From positions 1 through 64,000 of the forward strand of contig NMRA01000636.1 in assembly GCA_002633005.1 (NCBI GenBank): DNA of 64,000 nt. Direction: 5' to 3'. A program made the position numbers and the translations under genes. The notes below the pieces were generated by a model. That model had not been told where the DNA came from and did not search any database. It was given only the letters and a program-made list of their open reading frames with translations. Each line of letters begins with the position of its first letter. The stretch's first letter is position 1. Positions 41,101 through 56,100 of this stretch are shown in pieces. Source of the DNA: Phoronis australis. Taxonomy: Eukaryota > Animalia > Phoronida.

Positions 41101-44100
41101 GCGTTGGATTTCTGCTGAAACCAAAGATATGGCATTCACCAATTTTAATTTCAATGGGAACTTATCACACGAAACACAAAATAAGCATCCGTCATTGTTA
41201 TAAAATCACCAGACTGGTAACTTCAGGAATTTTTATTCGTAAAGTTTATAGTTTATCAAACAGCTGCGTTGGATTTAAATTGTGAGTCTGCTAAAAACAA
41301 ACCATGCCGTGCCACTGTGAGTTCGTCTGTGGCTTGCCAGCTTAACTTCGTAATAACCACTACCGGTAAAACGTTGATGTAAAATGATGTTTTCTTAGGG
41401 TTGAAAATTAACTAATTTAGTAAAGCACATCTGATTCTGACTGCAGTTATAATACCAAAAACCACCTATTCTGGCGATGTTACCACAGAACACTCTTCTC
41501 CTTATAAAAGTGAGGACCTATGTATTCTCTGAATATTCTGAACGTGTCGTCTTTATCTCATCCTGAGTGGCACGCTACTCGGTGCCGAAACTGATTGTCG
41601 GTGAGACGCAGACGGTCACCACGGCAGCCGACCGAGTCTCCAGTCGGGATGTTGTCACTGGCTGGGCTGCAATGTTCTTAAGGGGGCTTTTGGAAATTCC
41701 ACGTCTCAATTATCCCTACTTCTGTGAATTCCACGTAAAACGTCACAAATGCAACTTTGGTTACCATATAAATTAATATTCTAAGTATGCAATATGCATT
41801 GTTAAATGTGTGCCAAGTAAACCCTAAAATATATTTTAGAAAAACTACTTACCTAAAGTTTGATATACCGGTGCAAAATGCATTAATGACATGTCCTCTG
41901 CATATATCACACCACATGTGACTTTTTTCATAACACAGCAACGGAAAAAGTTTTAGCCACGACTTTGTAAATTTGTTTTTGTGCGTAGTCGAACTGGTGG
42001 ACTGGGTGGAGATTTCAGATGCATCTTCAACTGCTTCAACTTCATCTTCTTCTGTCGGCCATGGTGATAGTAAACACCGTTTACTGAGGTTTCCGAAAAT
42101 AATCTGATATTTTACGCGACACCATTTAATACATGTACAGTTCAAGATGCTGGTAAAGATGGTGAGATGAAGAGCTTGGTGATCATTGTCACTTGAAGAC
42201 TTTATGAAAAGAAAGGCGGCACTTTTGATGATCAAAGAGCCCCTGTCGCCAAGTTGACGTGGCCACGGCCAAGGCCCAGCCAAGGCCCAACCACAATGCG
42301 AGTCTATTCTTTTTAAGCAGACCCCAGATACTTGAGCGTAATTGTGTTGCAAGTGACAATGCAGAGAGTGTACATGGTAAAAAGCTCAATGAGTCTAGTG
42401 TGCTCATTTTTGTTTTAATCACTGTCTATTCCTTGCAAGCCTTTCCGGGTACATTATTAATTGGAAATTAAACAGGTTAATTTTGAATGTGTACAATAGA
42501 TGAGCAATGACAAATGTTTTCCCTGCATTGACGAGCAAAAAACCAGACCACGAAGCTTTAAGGCATTTCAAAAATGGGGAAAATGTTCTGTTGTCTTGTC
42601 GCTGGTGAAATTGAGCAACTATCAGCAGTCTATTAATTGGCGGTGACTTGCCTACTTCGCAGCTCACAACAACAAGATGCGATGATTCGTCCATGCATGC
42701 GCATATGCAATTCTATCAGAAGTCCAGCAGAAGCCAAAACCATCGAACCCAACAGCCAAAACAAGAATACACCCTTTTTACTCCATCAGAGAAATTATTT
42801 CTAAATGTGCCTTTCAAAAAGTCAATGGGAAATAGTGACAGCCAACAATGTGTATTGCAAAGTGTGTCATTCATTATAATGAGCGTAGAGTCTATTAACA
42901 AAATAACAGTTTATGAGGGCCAATAATTACGCGATGGATTACACCCAAGTGAAAGGATCTGTGATAAACCAACATTAACTGATTGTTAACAGGATTATCC
43001 ACGAGCGAGTGTGCCTCACAAAGCCAGAAGTGATTAGTCTTTTCATTCCGCGAGGTTAATTTTCAATATGAATACCTCTGGCACGCCGCTCTTGCTGTGA
43101 TACTAGTGCTGGTAGACAAAAATAACTTGGGAGTACAAAAACAGAAATTAATAATGAACCTAGGCATCCAAATTCGGGTTTGGGCATCCTCCAAAAGGCA
43201 TCCAAATCCGACACTGTAACTCTTTAATAACTACTAGAACGACACAACAAATACTACACCACAAGCATCAAAGCACAATAGATTGACAACACCACCTGGC
43301 TTAACATCAATGAACACACGAGCAGCAAGTACTCACGTCTAAATCGGCCATGTTCTCTTCTGTCACTGATATTTCACCTTTGTGCGTTATCTTCCGGATT
43401 TGGTTCTGCTTGGTTTCTTTTTCTATTTCCTCAATTTTTTGTAGTTCCTGTCAAAGTAAAAGGTTGATTCTGTTAGAACTAAGAGACCAAACCTAAATAC
43501 TAACATGACCCAATAAGTGATGAGCACAGTTATTGTTTTAAGCTAAGGGGTGGGCAAACTGTGGCCCATGGAAGCTCAATAGGTCAGGACCAGTTTGTGG
43601 CAAATAATTTCCCCTATATTTTTAAAGGCAATTGATAGTTCAGTAAAATCTCACCAACTTAGGACAAGGTATAGTATAAAACAAATGAAATTTTATTATT
43701 CCATTTTTTCCATAAAAGATAAGGAGCACAAAATAAATATTTTGTCAGAAATTGGTGAGCTGTTGTGCCTGAAACAATGACCAAAGTGGTAATGATACCA
43801 TTAAACAAAGAGAACCTTTAAGAGGTAAGGAGAATAACAAGATGACTGCCAATGACTGGAAGGAGTACATTTTTGTCTCAATTTTGATATTCTGGCAATT
43901 TTGATATTCTATCTGCTTGTTCGATGTACAAATGTTTTAAACGTCTTGTCCCAACATACTAAAGTGCTAAGTTTAAGATGACTACTAATCGCTACAATAC
44001 TAGGTCCTCATTATCATCAAATTTATACCTTCCTAAACCAGAACAAAACTGGGAAAAATCATATTTCTACAGTGGGCCCTATCTAAGGAACACTCTGCCT

Positions 44101-47100
44101 GCAGATGCCAAATCTGCATCATCCTTTATAACCTTAGAAAGAATTATAAGAAATCTATTTAACTTCATGTAGATGTGTTCCGTTTAGCAATTTTACATTC
44201 AGTATCCCAATATCAGACTATTTATTATTCATGTGTACATATGTGTATGTGTGTGTATGTAGTTGTGCATTCATGTGTATGATTGTATTTATGTATGTGA
44301 GTGTGCATTTATATATGTATGTATGTATGTGTTTATGTTTGTGTGTAAGAGTGCATGTGTATACTTGTGTGTGTATGTCTTACTTTTATTAATTAATTGT
44401 CTGTTTTTAATTATTTATATTTATTTTTTAGTTAATTATCTTGTCTTACTTTCTTTATCTTCTACTTACCATATTTCATTTTTTATTTTGTTTCATCAGT
44501 CTTTCCATGTAAATTTCATATTCTTTGCTTATTATTTAAATATTGCCTTTCATTTTGTAATTCTGTTAGTTTGTCTTACTATCTGTATGTTTTTACTGAG
44601 GGCCCCCATGGAAAGCAGTGTGAACTGATGGGGCTACCGTACATAAATAAATAAATAAATAATAAGATTGAAACCCATAAAATCAACAATGACATACAGG
44701 GAGAAGGAAAATCAATTGCCAATATCAAGGCCCTGTGATGTACTTGTTCATAACCATACTTAATATCAGGTACAATCCCATTAAAAAGTTGCTGGAGTCA
44801 AGTTTGTAAAAAATGGAAGGTAAAATTCAAATAAAAATGAATTGTTTTGTATGTTATACATGGAAAACAATCATGATCTTTGATATGGGTCCAAAAATCA
44901 CCAATGCCCATAGGCGGATTTAGGGGGGGGGGGCGCAAAAAAATAAAACAGCAAGAGCGTAGGGAAACGTTGAGTTTATTAATTTGCCCCGGTAATTAAA
45001 ATTATGCAGATGAAAAAAGATTTAAATGTGTGCAGTTTTAGTGTGTTTGGGGGGGGGGCTCGGGAGGGCTCAGATCCAATTTCAAGTGTCAAATTCTGAA
45101 CACGGCGCATTCGTTACGGAACTATGGCTAAGTATAAGCTCTCCCGCGATATCCCAGGCGAGTGGCGCTGCGCACTGCGACCCCGTTTCCATCGTCTGCT
45201 CCACTGTGCAATGGAGAAAATTTACTTCATTTTTAAAGAAAATGGAACCTGAGTGACGATGAAAAAACAGAAGCTGCTGGTAAGATGTGAATTTTAATCG
45301 AAGCCTTAGTGAATCACTCAGAAACTCATTAATTCTCTCTTTGTCAAACCTTAACTTAAGACGATTTCCAAAGCAATCCCGTCATTATTGCCAACACGAA
45401 AAACGGATTTGGTCTTTTGGGCATTTGAAGACTATTTTAAATACAACAAATTTGTTAAGAACCGATTGCACAAAATATAAAACGTGTAATAAGCATAACA
45501 AAAAGAAGTAGGTTTCGCGCGCAAACGCTGTGGACCATAAACAAGTAGGTCTCTTAGTTTNACGTCATCTCACCAATATATGCCTGTATTCAAAACTTTA
45601 TAAAAATCAGTTGAGAACCTTTGAAGATACACAGACTGGTAAACATAAAAAACTAAAATTGCCACTAGGGGCACACCAAAAGTTAGATCTGTCCAAAAGT
45701 CGTCCGTTGTCAACATCATATAAATACACTTGCTAACTTAAGTAAAGATCCTGCATACGTTTTATGAGATACAGCGACGAGCGCAAAAAAATGCCACTAC
45801 GAGGCGCCACAGTAGTCGTACTCTTCGGAAAATTATCGTCAGCCATCCACTTCGCAGTAGAAACATACATGCCAATTTTCACAATTATTCTGAAAGTGGT
45901 TTGGTTGATAGATGAGTGGACTCCAAAAAACATACTCGAAAACAGTTAAAGTGGCCACTAGGTGGTGCAAACTAGGTCGAATCCATCTGAAAACAGAGAG
46001 ATAGCGTCACCTCATAAACAGATGCCTGTATGCCAAATTTTATGAAAATACTTTGAGGACCTTTGAACATACAGAGGTAAACGCAAAAAGATGAAATTGC
46101 CACTAGGTGGCACACCAGTAGTCAGATCCATCCGAAAGTCGTTGTCGTGAATTGTCAACATCATATAAATACACTTACTAAATTTAGTAAAGATCCTTCG
46201 AACAGTTTAAAAGATACAGCCATAGGTGCAAAAAAAACACAACTGCCACTAGGAGGCACCACAGTAGTCAAAATCATTGGAAAATCATCGTCAGCCGTCT
46301 ACTTCGTAGTCAGAACATACGTACCAATTTTCACAATCATCCTTCAAAAGGTTTGGTTGATAGAGGGGTGGATGCAAAAAAAAAGTAAAATTGGTCACTA
46401 GGTGGCACAAACTACGTTGAATCCATCCGAAAATGGGAGGACAGCGTCATCTCACTAATAGGTGCCTATATATCAAATTTTATGAAAATCCGATCTGGAC
46501 TTTTGAAGATACAGAGGTAAACCTAAAAAACTAAAATTGCCAATAGGGAGCACACTGGTAGTCGGATCCGTCCGAAAGTTCGCTCATGCCGTCCCATCCA
46601 TAGTAGGAACACATGTGCAAAATTTCATGAAGATACGTCAAGGCGTTTTAGAGATAGAGCAGCGGACGCCGGACGGACAGACGGAAATGACGGCATAATG
46701 CATCCACATATAATTATGTGGGCGCATAAAAATTCTGTATATCTTGAACTTTAGCAATCTTATTCGCCAAACACCGCAGGTTATGAAAGTGCAAGAGAAT
46801 TTCTCAACAGATGATATTGATTTGAGATTAATAACCTGAGCTGGTTATTCTCTTAGTGAGAGACAGCAATTAGGTAGAATTCCACAAAACAGATAGGCAT
46901 AAAAGCACAAATTAAAATGTTGACAAAACTTAACAAGAATGAAACCCCAATTCTTATCCTGATGAAAAAAGATATTCTGTTGCACTTAAGCACATTGAAC
47001 CACTGCCTAATTTATTTTTTGGAAATTGTTATTGTAGATACACTACATGTTTCGTTTCCATTTCCCTCCATTTGGCCAGTTCTTTTGATGCCAGCTCATC

Positions 47101-50100
47101 CGATGACATCCTCACTAACGTGAACGGCTTTATCTCCTCATTAAGAATCTTACGGAACAGACCCTGCAAGACAAGAACAACTTCAGAGTGACACCATATA
47201 AACAAATTACTAATGTCTAACAATGAAATTTATCTGAAGGTTGAACCAGGTAGTAACATTTGCAAAGTAGCACTAAATAAAATATAGTGAACCAAGATAG
47301 CAACAACAAGTATTTTAACCATGTTAAAAGGCCTTCAGGCTCTCCGCAGTAAAAAATATTGTAAAACCTAGTCATATTGTTCCGAATTTTAGTGGGGAAT
47401 GACCGTAATTATTTCACATGAGAAATATGTCAAAGTAGCTCTGTATTTCACCGTTGGATAAAACAGTTATAACCAAGTATGTCTGATAACAAACTTTTAC
47501 TTTTTCACCAAGCCACATCACAGCAATACCAAGGTAATCAGAAAGAAAATATGTTATCAATTCAAATCCACATCATTAAGAGGAGCCCAAAAATAAACAT
47601 GGAACTCTCCACGTCACTTTTAAAAAAATTTGCAAAACATTACCTCACTGGAAAATCGGCAAAAACAGACCAAAAATTAAAATCAGTTAATACTTTTCTA
47701 CAGATTTCCAATTTGCTTCACAATTTTCCCCATATCTTCAACAGAACTTAATTTTGACAAGATTTAGTCACTTGTTTCTTTTAAGTAGAGAGTACCTCAT
47801 TCTTAGAATCCTTAATGTTGAACGCCAATGAGCGATATCGTGCCTTGTACTTAGAGCCACAGTCTCCATAGAATTTGAATAGTTCTTCCTCAATATGAAT
47901 CACAATCTTTTTTATCTCGCTGTGAGACAGCACAATGTCATAGGCACTGTCAGACCTATAAAAGTGGCATTAGACAGACATATAACTTTTTAAGGGTTGA
48001 AGGTTTTCCAAGAATGCCAAACAATCATCAGTTGGAGTTAGATATGGATGCTTCTAATCATTAATGCACGAGCAACGCGAAAAGTTGATATGCGCCCATG
48101 GCTGCAACGCAAACCCTGTGTTTATAATGGTGTTTTTTAGTTCATAAAATGGCCATTAGATGGCGCAGAATACATCAAACCTGTCTGAAATTGGGAAAGC
48201 ACTGCCGCCTTTCTATTACAAAACCACTCGTCAAATTTCAACAAAATACACCTGGGAACTCCAAAGATACAGAGGCAGGTGTAAAAAAACAAACTGCCAT
48301 TAGAAGGCACAGCAGTAATCGAATCCGTCCATCTGTTGTCAAATAAAAAGGAATAGACTTGAAAAATTGTTGCAAGGCTAGGCTTGTGCAAGTTGCTTGC
48401 CAGCACGCCATTGGCGAATTCTGAGTGGCACTGGCGATGGTAGAGCTAAGTTCATTTAACATCTTGGTGAATGTTTTCGCAACTTGACAATAAAAATTAA
48501 TTTCGGGAACCCTATTCGTGTGTTGACCCAAGAATCAGCTCAAATCAAGTCGTGGCGCAAACAACATTCTTACTTCAATTCTGAGTCCTAAAAATAGCAA
48601 GTGAATGTTCCACTTCATGCCCGTACCCCTGAAGTCACTCTTTTAACGCAACAAAATGTTCAACTGTGTAGGGGGGTCAGCGCTCTCAGTAGTGGCGATT
48701 TCTCGCTTCAGAGTGAGATCTCGTGTAAGTGCTGCCGCTTGTCGTCTTCAAGTGCGATGTCAAAATGACGAATAGAAGACTATTTCAGAGGCAAACGCGA
48801 CCCAGATGAACGATATTAAATTACATGGGGGATAAACTGAACTGAGCTGAGCTGTCTCAAACATACAACATGAACTCAAGGTTTCAATTTATCATTTCTC
48901 ATATTACATGAATCTCTCCCAATTCATTACTAACTTTCACCTTTCAGTGCATAATTTGCCGTGTCAAATATTGTTTCAGACTTGACAGGTTTTCTTTTCA
49001 AGGAGTAAAAGGCACAGACAACGCTGAGAAGAACAAGTTTGTTATCTATTTTTAAATCAAAATACGTCACATGTCTTACCTACTCAGCTCGCTAACAGTC
49101 GCAAGTGGCCGGCATACCCCACCATAACCCAGGGATAGGGGGAACCCTGTCCAATTTTCTTTAAGGTCAACATCATTTAAATACCCATGTATGGCCGGCG
49201 AACCCAAACAGTAACTCGCGTATAGGGAGAACCTCAGCCTAAACTGTTTAGTTCAAAATAAAACCTATGTTGGCTGACATCCCGCCAACTTATTAGGTTG
49301 ATATATGACCTTGGAATGATGATCATTCGTTTTTTTTCCTTAAGGCAAACATCTTTTCTTATAGTACATTATGAAAAGGACCTGTGCATAACATAAAAAA
49401 TAAAAAGTTTGGTCCGTGTAACTATTTTTATCAAATGTGGGGTCTGGAAAAGAGAAAGTATGTGGCTAATAATTTTTGAAAATGGCTAAAAGTTTTCAGA
49501 CGCTTTAGCCATTTTGGCTAATACCTTAAAAAGTGTACCATGAGCGTAGCAAGGGGTTTAGTAGATACAGCCATAGATGCAAAAATAATGTCACTAGGAG
49601 GCACCACAGTAATTGGACCCATATGAAAATCCACGGTAGTCGTGCTCATGTCGGATGGAACACATCAGCCAGTTTTCATAATGGTCCTCTGAGTGGTTTG
49701 GCTGATACAAAATACAGATTGAAAAATAAAATTGTGCACAGTATTTTTTTTACTTTGAAAAGGAAAACTTTATTAGTTCTGTAAAGCCCCACTGCAAGCG
49801 CTGTTTTTCGTGACGTCCCTGAGGCTGTGCAGCACAAAGAGATATAGGTCATTAGCCATGCGAGTACGTAGCCCAGTCGACAGATCAACATTTCATTTTT
49901 CTTTCCTGTGACGTTGATTCATCCCGGGGCCTAGCCAGCTAGCTATATGAAGACTATCTTCAAAATACGGCTAGGTGCAAGTACCACTGTGTGTTGAGCT
50001 CCATTAGACTCCGAAATTTCACGTAGTCCGGGTAGTTCCGCTTGTCAAGTCGTCGCGAAACTTAGATCAACATGTATAGGTATAAACCGACAGGGGAACA

Positions 50101-53100
50101 TGCAAATATATGGGTGTCAACCGACACTCAATTTGCCCGCTGGAGCTGTTTAAGTGAAAAACAATCTAGTGAACGTTATTTTATTTCATAATTCTCAGCC
50201 TTTTGTAACAAAGAAAACAGTACGCTCAACGTGCTATTTCCTAAAATTTTGCGACATCTATCGGGAGATGACGACAGTTTCGCAGGAGCAAAATGCTTTA
50301 TGAAATTCGGTTTCCTGGTATTAAAATACTAAAAATTTGAAAGGAAATGAAATCAGCTCTAATAACTTGTTGTGACACGTACACAACTTCGATCGCTTGT
50401 TATACTGGGAAGAAGAATAACTCGGGGAACGAAACTGGCCAATAAGGCAACAGGTGACAACACTGAAAGCCGACCTTAAAGAGTGCATCAAAATTTTAGC
50501 TGCAGAGTGAACGGCAGAACGCCAATTTTGTCCACCTGTAAATAATTTAGTTTACTCAAGGAAGAGCGTAATTTTTAACGACACAAAAAAATTTATTTTA
50601 TCAGTTTTTACCCATGTCGGTGCAATGGCTGTATATTTAGTATACAGCTTGCACCAAGGCAAGGCTACGCAGTCGGGGCCCTTTCCTGGCTGGTGCCGAG
50701 AACAGCATCGTTCCACTAATATTCAACACTACATGGCAGTAAACTTGTATTATGAACTTTTGAGAGCCGAGATCGCAGACAAGTTATACACATTAAGCAC
50801 AGTTTTGCAGCCGAGAGGCATTCACCCAATGAGCTACATACATAATAAGCTTAATTTATCTCTATTCACCCCCGGTACAGCCTCAGTGACGTCAGACGCG
50901 CATAAGCCAACAGGAATTAACATTGAAAACAAAAACAAAAATGTGAAAAAATAACAAAGATGTGATTTCTGATATAGATTTTATTCATAAATTAAATCAC
51001 ATTAAAAATGCATGTTATTGTACTTCAGGAACCTTTTAAAGAGATACAGGCGTGGATGCAAAAACAAAAAATTGCCACTGTAGGTTGCCACAGTAGTCTA
51101 ACACATCTGAAAATCAGTGACAGCTGCGGTCTTCTCATTAGGAAAGCATCTGCCAATTTCCAAAATGATCCTTTGAACAGTGTGGCAAACAGGAAGGTGG
51201 ACATCAAAAACGTATACAAAACTTTTTAAAATGGCCATCAGGAAGCACAGAATACATCAAAACCATCAGAAAACAGGAAGNNNNNNNNNNNNNNNNNNNN
51301 NNNNNNNNNNNNGGATATGCTACACAGAAAACTTTCTTGACATGTTTTCTGGAAATTTAAAAGGATTATTTGTAAACAAACGTCTTTGTTTCTGGAAAAC
51401 AAAAAGTAAAACTACTTGTTCAACCCTTTATCGATATTGAACTTGGATAAATTTTATATCAACATGAACCTCATTTATTCAAGATGTATTGCTGAAAATT
51501 TGGTAAGTATATGTTTACTAATGACTGAGTGATGAGGTTTTAATTATGTGCAGTGCTTGTGACCTAGTTTTGAGTGAAATACCCTCCGACTTCAAGGGGG
51601 TAGACATTCCACAGCTCAGCCAGGCCACTAAGCAATTTATTCCATATGGTGCTCAGGGTCGAATGAGTTAAGGAGATACAGCTGCGGACGCCAGATGCCC
51701 AGACAGAGATGTTGACAATACGTACCCACACATAAATACGAGGGCGCATAAAAACTAGTTAACCAAGTCCTGAACAATGAAATCAAACCACAGAACCACC
51801 AGACGGGTACTATGTTAAGAAGACTGGCTATCATTTCCAGCTTATACAGTGGTTCACTTGATGTCATCAAGTGAAAATTGTCCTGTCTAATTACCAATCT
51901 GTACCTGGCAATCAATATGTCCTTCAGGTGTTTCCTCACATTCAGTCGCACTTCACTAGGTCCTGATGAGCTGGCCTCCTGCTTGGGTTGCACAGCATGT
52001 GCTTCCTTCTTCAGCTCTTCCTTAATTTCTTTCCCTTAAAAATAAAGAAAATGAAAATGTCTGCAGGAAAATAAAAACAGCCATAAGCAATGACTTTCAC
52101 CAAATTCTGGAGCAACTAGACTTTTTAAAGTCTAGTAGCTTAAAAGCTTCACCAAGCAAAATGTTAAGTACTACAAAGTAAACGTGTAAACACTGAATTT
52201 AAAACTGGGCAGCAAAGCAATAGCAGGATTCTCCCTGATATTAGCAGAAATCTGTAAAATTTCATGTAGCTGAGACATAGGACTTAATAGACATAGATGC
52301 AGACACAAAAACTAAATTGCCACTAGGGAGAGCAATACTTGTCGGATCTGCCCAAGAGTTGACATGTTGGTGCTCTTCACAAAATTTCATGAAGATCCAC
52401 CAAAGGCCTGGGAGAAACAGCGGCAGACATCAGACGTCCTACAGATTATAGAAACATGCATCCAAGCACACTGGCAATTTCTGATAGTAAGCTCTATAGC
52501 ATCAAATGTTTTTCACTTTTCTAAGTAATACTCTGAATATAAGCCAGTGACATAGACAAGGAGTGAGTATCAATATGTGCAGTTAGAAGAGTTTATAGTA
52601 CCAATTAAGTTCAATTTATTTTAGCGATAAATGAAATCATGCAGAAATATAACAATGAAGTTATGTTTATTTTACAGGTTAACAAACCCCATGCTGAAAT
52701 AAACAAAGTCAATAAAAGTACAATATATTTTAGAGATAAACCAAAACCGAGCAGTCCCGTATCCCATATAGCATTATTTTGTTCGACAATTTTCGTTTTG
52801 GGAAACCATACAAGATTCTTTTTTGGCTCCAAATGTAGGCTCATGTGCATTTATTCAGAACATTTTCCAAATATAGGCCAATAGGCCTATTTTTGGGAGG
52901 ACATGTTTGCGGAAATTCCCTGCAGAAGAATGGTGCCCATTATATATTGAACAGGGCTCGACATAATGAGCCGCAGGTAGCATTTGCGACCTAAAATTTG
53001 TAAATGTGAGCTGAGATTTTCGTCAGCTTGTATCAAGGCGCCAAAAGCGACCTGGAATTTCCAACGTATGCGAGCTGAGTTTTTACATTTCTCAGCAGAT

Positions 53101-56100
53101 ACCTGGCAAATATAAAGCAACTCTAATTGTTAATCCAACCGAGAACAGCCCTACCAGTGACTTGTAAAAAAGTCACGTGAACATGGGATATGCAGAATCC
53201 GTCTTTGACATGTTTCATTGGCTAACATTTTTGGCCACTTCTGCAAATTTCCGGATTACGGCCGGAAAGTTTCAGGCCACTGCATCACACGTGATAAAAC
53301 ATCACAAAACAACGGTGTTTCTTAAGCGATCAACTTACCAAACTTTGTGGTAGACAAATTTTTCGCGTAAGGTGTCCTTATTACATGTACCAAATATCCA
53401 CGACAATGTCTCTGCGGCACTGGTCGGTCCCATTGTTAGCGCGCAAGCTGTCCTAGCAGACAATCGTGACTTAGAGATGTGCGTCTCGTTTTTTATCGCA
53501 TATGACAGCCAAAGTGAAAATGACAAGACTATTAATTGCCAAACGACAGCCACGTCTTTACTTTCAGTTGCCAAGAAATTCTCAAACCCCTTTACTTGTT
53601 TCTGGGGCTACGTGGGCGATATATGATTTGTCTTTCACACATTGTTGCCAACGTTAAGTGTAGGCCTACTCCACCTATTCAAGGGCGTGAACTCATGCGT
53701 GCGCACCACTTCAAAGCTGCACATCAAAGGAGAACAGCGACAGTCCCAAGTGAAAGAATATACCGGCTTGGCTCTGTTAAGCACCCGGGTACGTGCCAGT
53801 GGTTTATTTGAAAACGAACTCATAGATTCCCGGGGGTTACATTAATAAAAGACCCGACGCTTTACGATATTCCCCGGGACCGATATAATGAAGAAATGAT
53901 ATTTCCTGTGACAATGTTTCCCGAGGTCGATGTTCCCTAAACCCTATGCCTGTAGCCAGCTATTGCAACTAAACGGATACTAGATGCAAAATTGTGGTCA
54001 GCGAACTTTTTATTCTTCTAACTTTTAGCTTCCCGGACCACCGTCGCCATAAAATGTTCAGACTCCAAGAGAAACAACCTTGTTCCGGCCGAAGCGGGCA
54101 ATTAAAACAAAATTGCTCGGAGTGGCTAAAAAGGGCCGGTACAGTGCACGTGGTAACGATATCCAGAAAGTCACCCTTACTCGATGGAGTTTGCCACGCA
54201 AAATCGTATTATTATAACATTTCTTACCATTGCAGTCTTAATATCTTATTACAGCAAACACTCCGGTTAACGAATATGCTCACGCACAAGCCTACTCCCT
54301 ACCTTTGTGTTTCATAATAAGCACTCACTGATCTACTAAGCGTTCCCCCTCAACTTTAGAGAATTTCCAACTAAGCGCCCACAGTTAAGGCTAGCGCTCA
54401 TCATAGCGCTTCACAAACGACCGCGCATGGTTTAAAATTGACACACAGCCTATAGTGTGTCACTCTCATTTTACACAGCAAATTCTGTTTTCAAAAAATC
54501 AAAAAACGTCTTTTCTCACTACATAGAAACCAAATCCCGGCTTTATTTCATACCTCCGAAATAAAGTTAACACTAGCAATGACACGCCTGTCGTATTGTG
54601 ACTGACCTATTTTTCCTGTACTTGGAATGTATTGAGGCGCAAACTCGAATTACCTGATGGAAACCCGCAAGGAGTCGAGAATTATTTCGAGGCTACTCAT
54701 TTCATGGAAAACTAAATGTTGAATACGTAAACAGCATAGGTACCATTTTTTTGTAAAATTTGCTCTGAATTGTTACCGTGCATCCAAATACGTCATTCGG
54801 TTGGGCATCGTTTCACGGTTTTTTAACAAATGTTTTTCAGACGTCGAGTTAAGCTGCAAAATTTGGGTCGTGAACAAAAAGTGGAGGGAATTTGCACTCT
54901 GAGTTAGTATGGATCTTTAACGACTTTGATGACAGCCAGTAGCAGGTCAGACCTAGCAAAATTGTGGATACTTTTTCAACGGGCATTTTCTCCCTTTTCA
55001 CATCGCAAACTTAGGTGCTCGAATGCACGTGTCAGTTAGACAGCACTGGTTCAACTTTCACGTCGGGAACTTGCCTTGCATTTTAGAGCCTTTCAGTGGC
55101 TGTCGTTAAGAACAGTAACGCCGTAGCTGCATGAAAGAACAGTAACGCCGTACCTGCATGAAAGAACTCAATTTTGCTGAAATTTGTAAGTATGTAACGC
55201 TGCAGGTAAGAGCATTTTCTCGATGATTTAAAAACAATCAATTTTGGCGCCAAAATGGAGGAAAAATTTGCGACCTGGCATTTATGAATACAAGCTGGAT
55301 TTTGAAAATGCGACCTGGGATTTTGACTAAGTCGCAAAATGCGACCTGGAGATTTTAATAGTGTCGAGCCCTGTTGAAGCTAATAATCACTGATATACGA
55401 GATGATGTGAGCTTACGGTAAAATTTGGAGCTGGAAATATAACCCTGCTGTTGCCCTGGACGCAACACTTCAAAAGTGGGGTTTTTCTCCAGCCACAGTT
55501 TTAAATTTGCATGGGTTGGTGCATTAGGTCCCGTGACCAGTCGGCCTGTGTGGCGCTCCATCACGACGATACGATCCAACACCTTGTCGAGAACTTTGCC
55601 AGCCTCAGGCTTGCCCTAGATTGGAAGAAAGAAGGCCAGTTAAAAGAAGCACAAATGAGAAAAATTCAACCTGTTTCAAGGACAAATCAGGTATTTTCCT
55701 TTAATTCTTTTCTTCCATCAAATTGCAAATAAAAATATAACGTTTGACTTTCTGTAACACACACACTCAATAAGGAATCCAGACACTCACAAATTAAAAG
55801 GAACTGGAAAGGCCCATCTGTTACTGCCTTAAATCAATTCAGTTTTTGTACAGGTTCTATTTTCCTGAGGATAATCATCAATAGACTGATTAAAAGAACT
55901 TCAATTAGAACTAGGGCTGTGTTGACGAGGATTCAAGTTCACATTGACTTAGTCACAATTACTTTCAATCACTGAAGAGCTAACGTCACTTACAAGCTAG
56001 AGATAGTGCGATCACATGCTATGATCGTGATACACAGTGACATCTTCTAAGGCTTAGGTGACCTTAACACACAAGATACAAGCAATATATACCAACAGCA

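Noticed and set aside
44263-44628. 121-aa hydrophobic ORF resembling a membrane protein
   Set aside because: Translation of the TG/TA microsatellite and T-rich 3' UTR of the LINE fragment.
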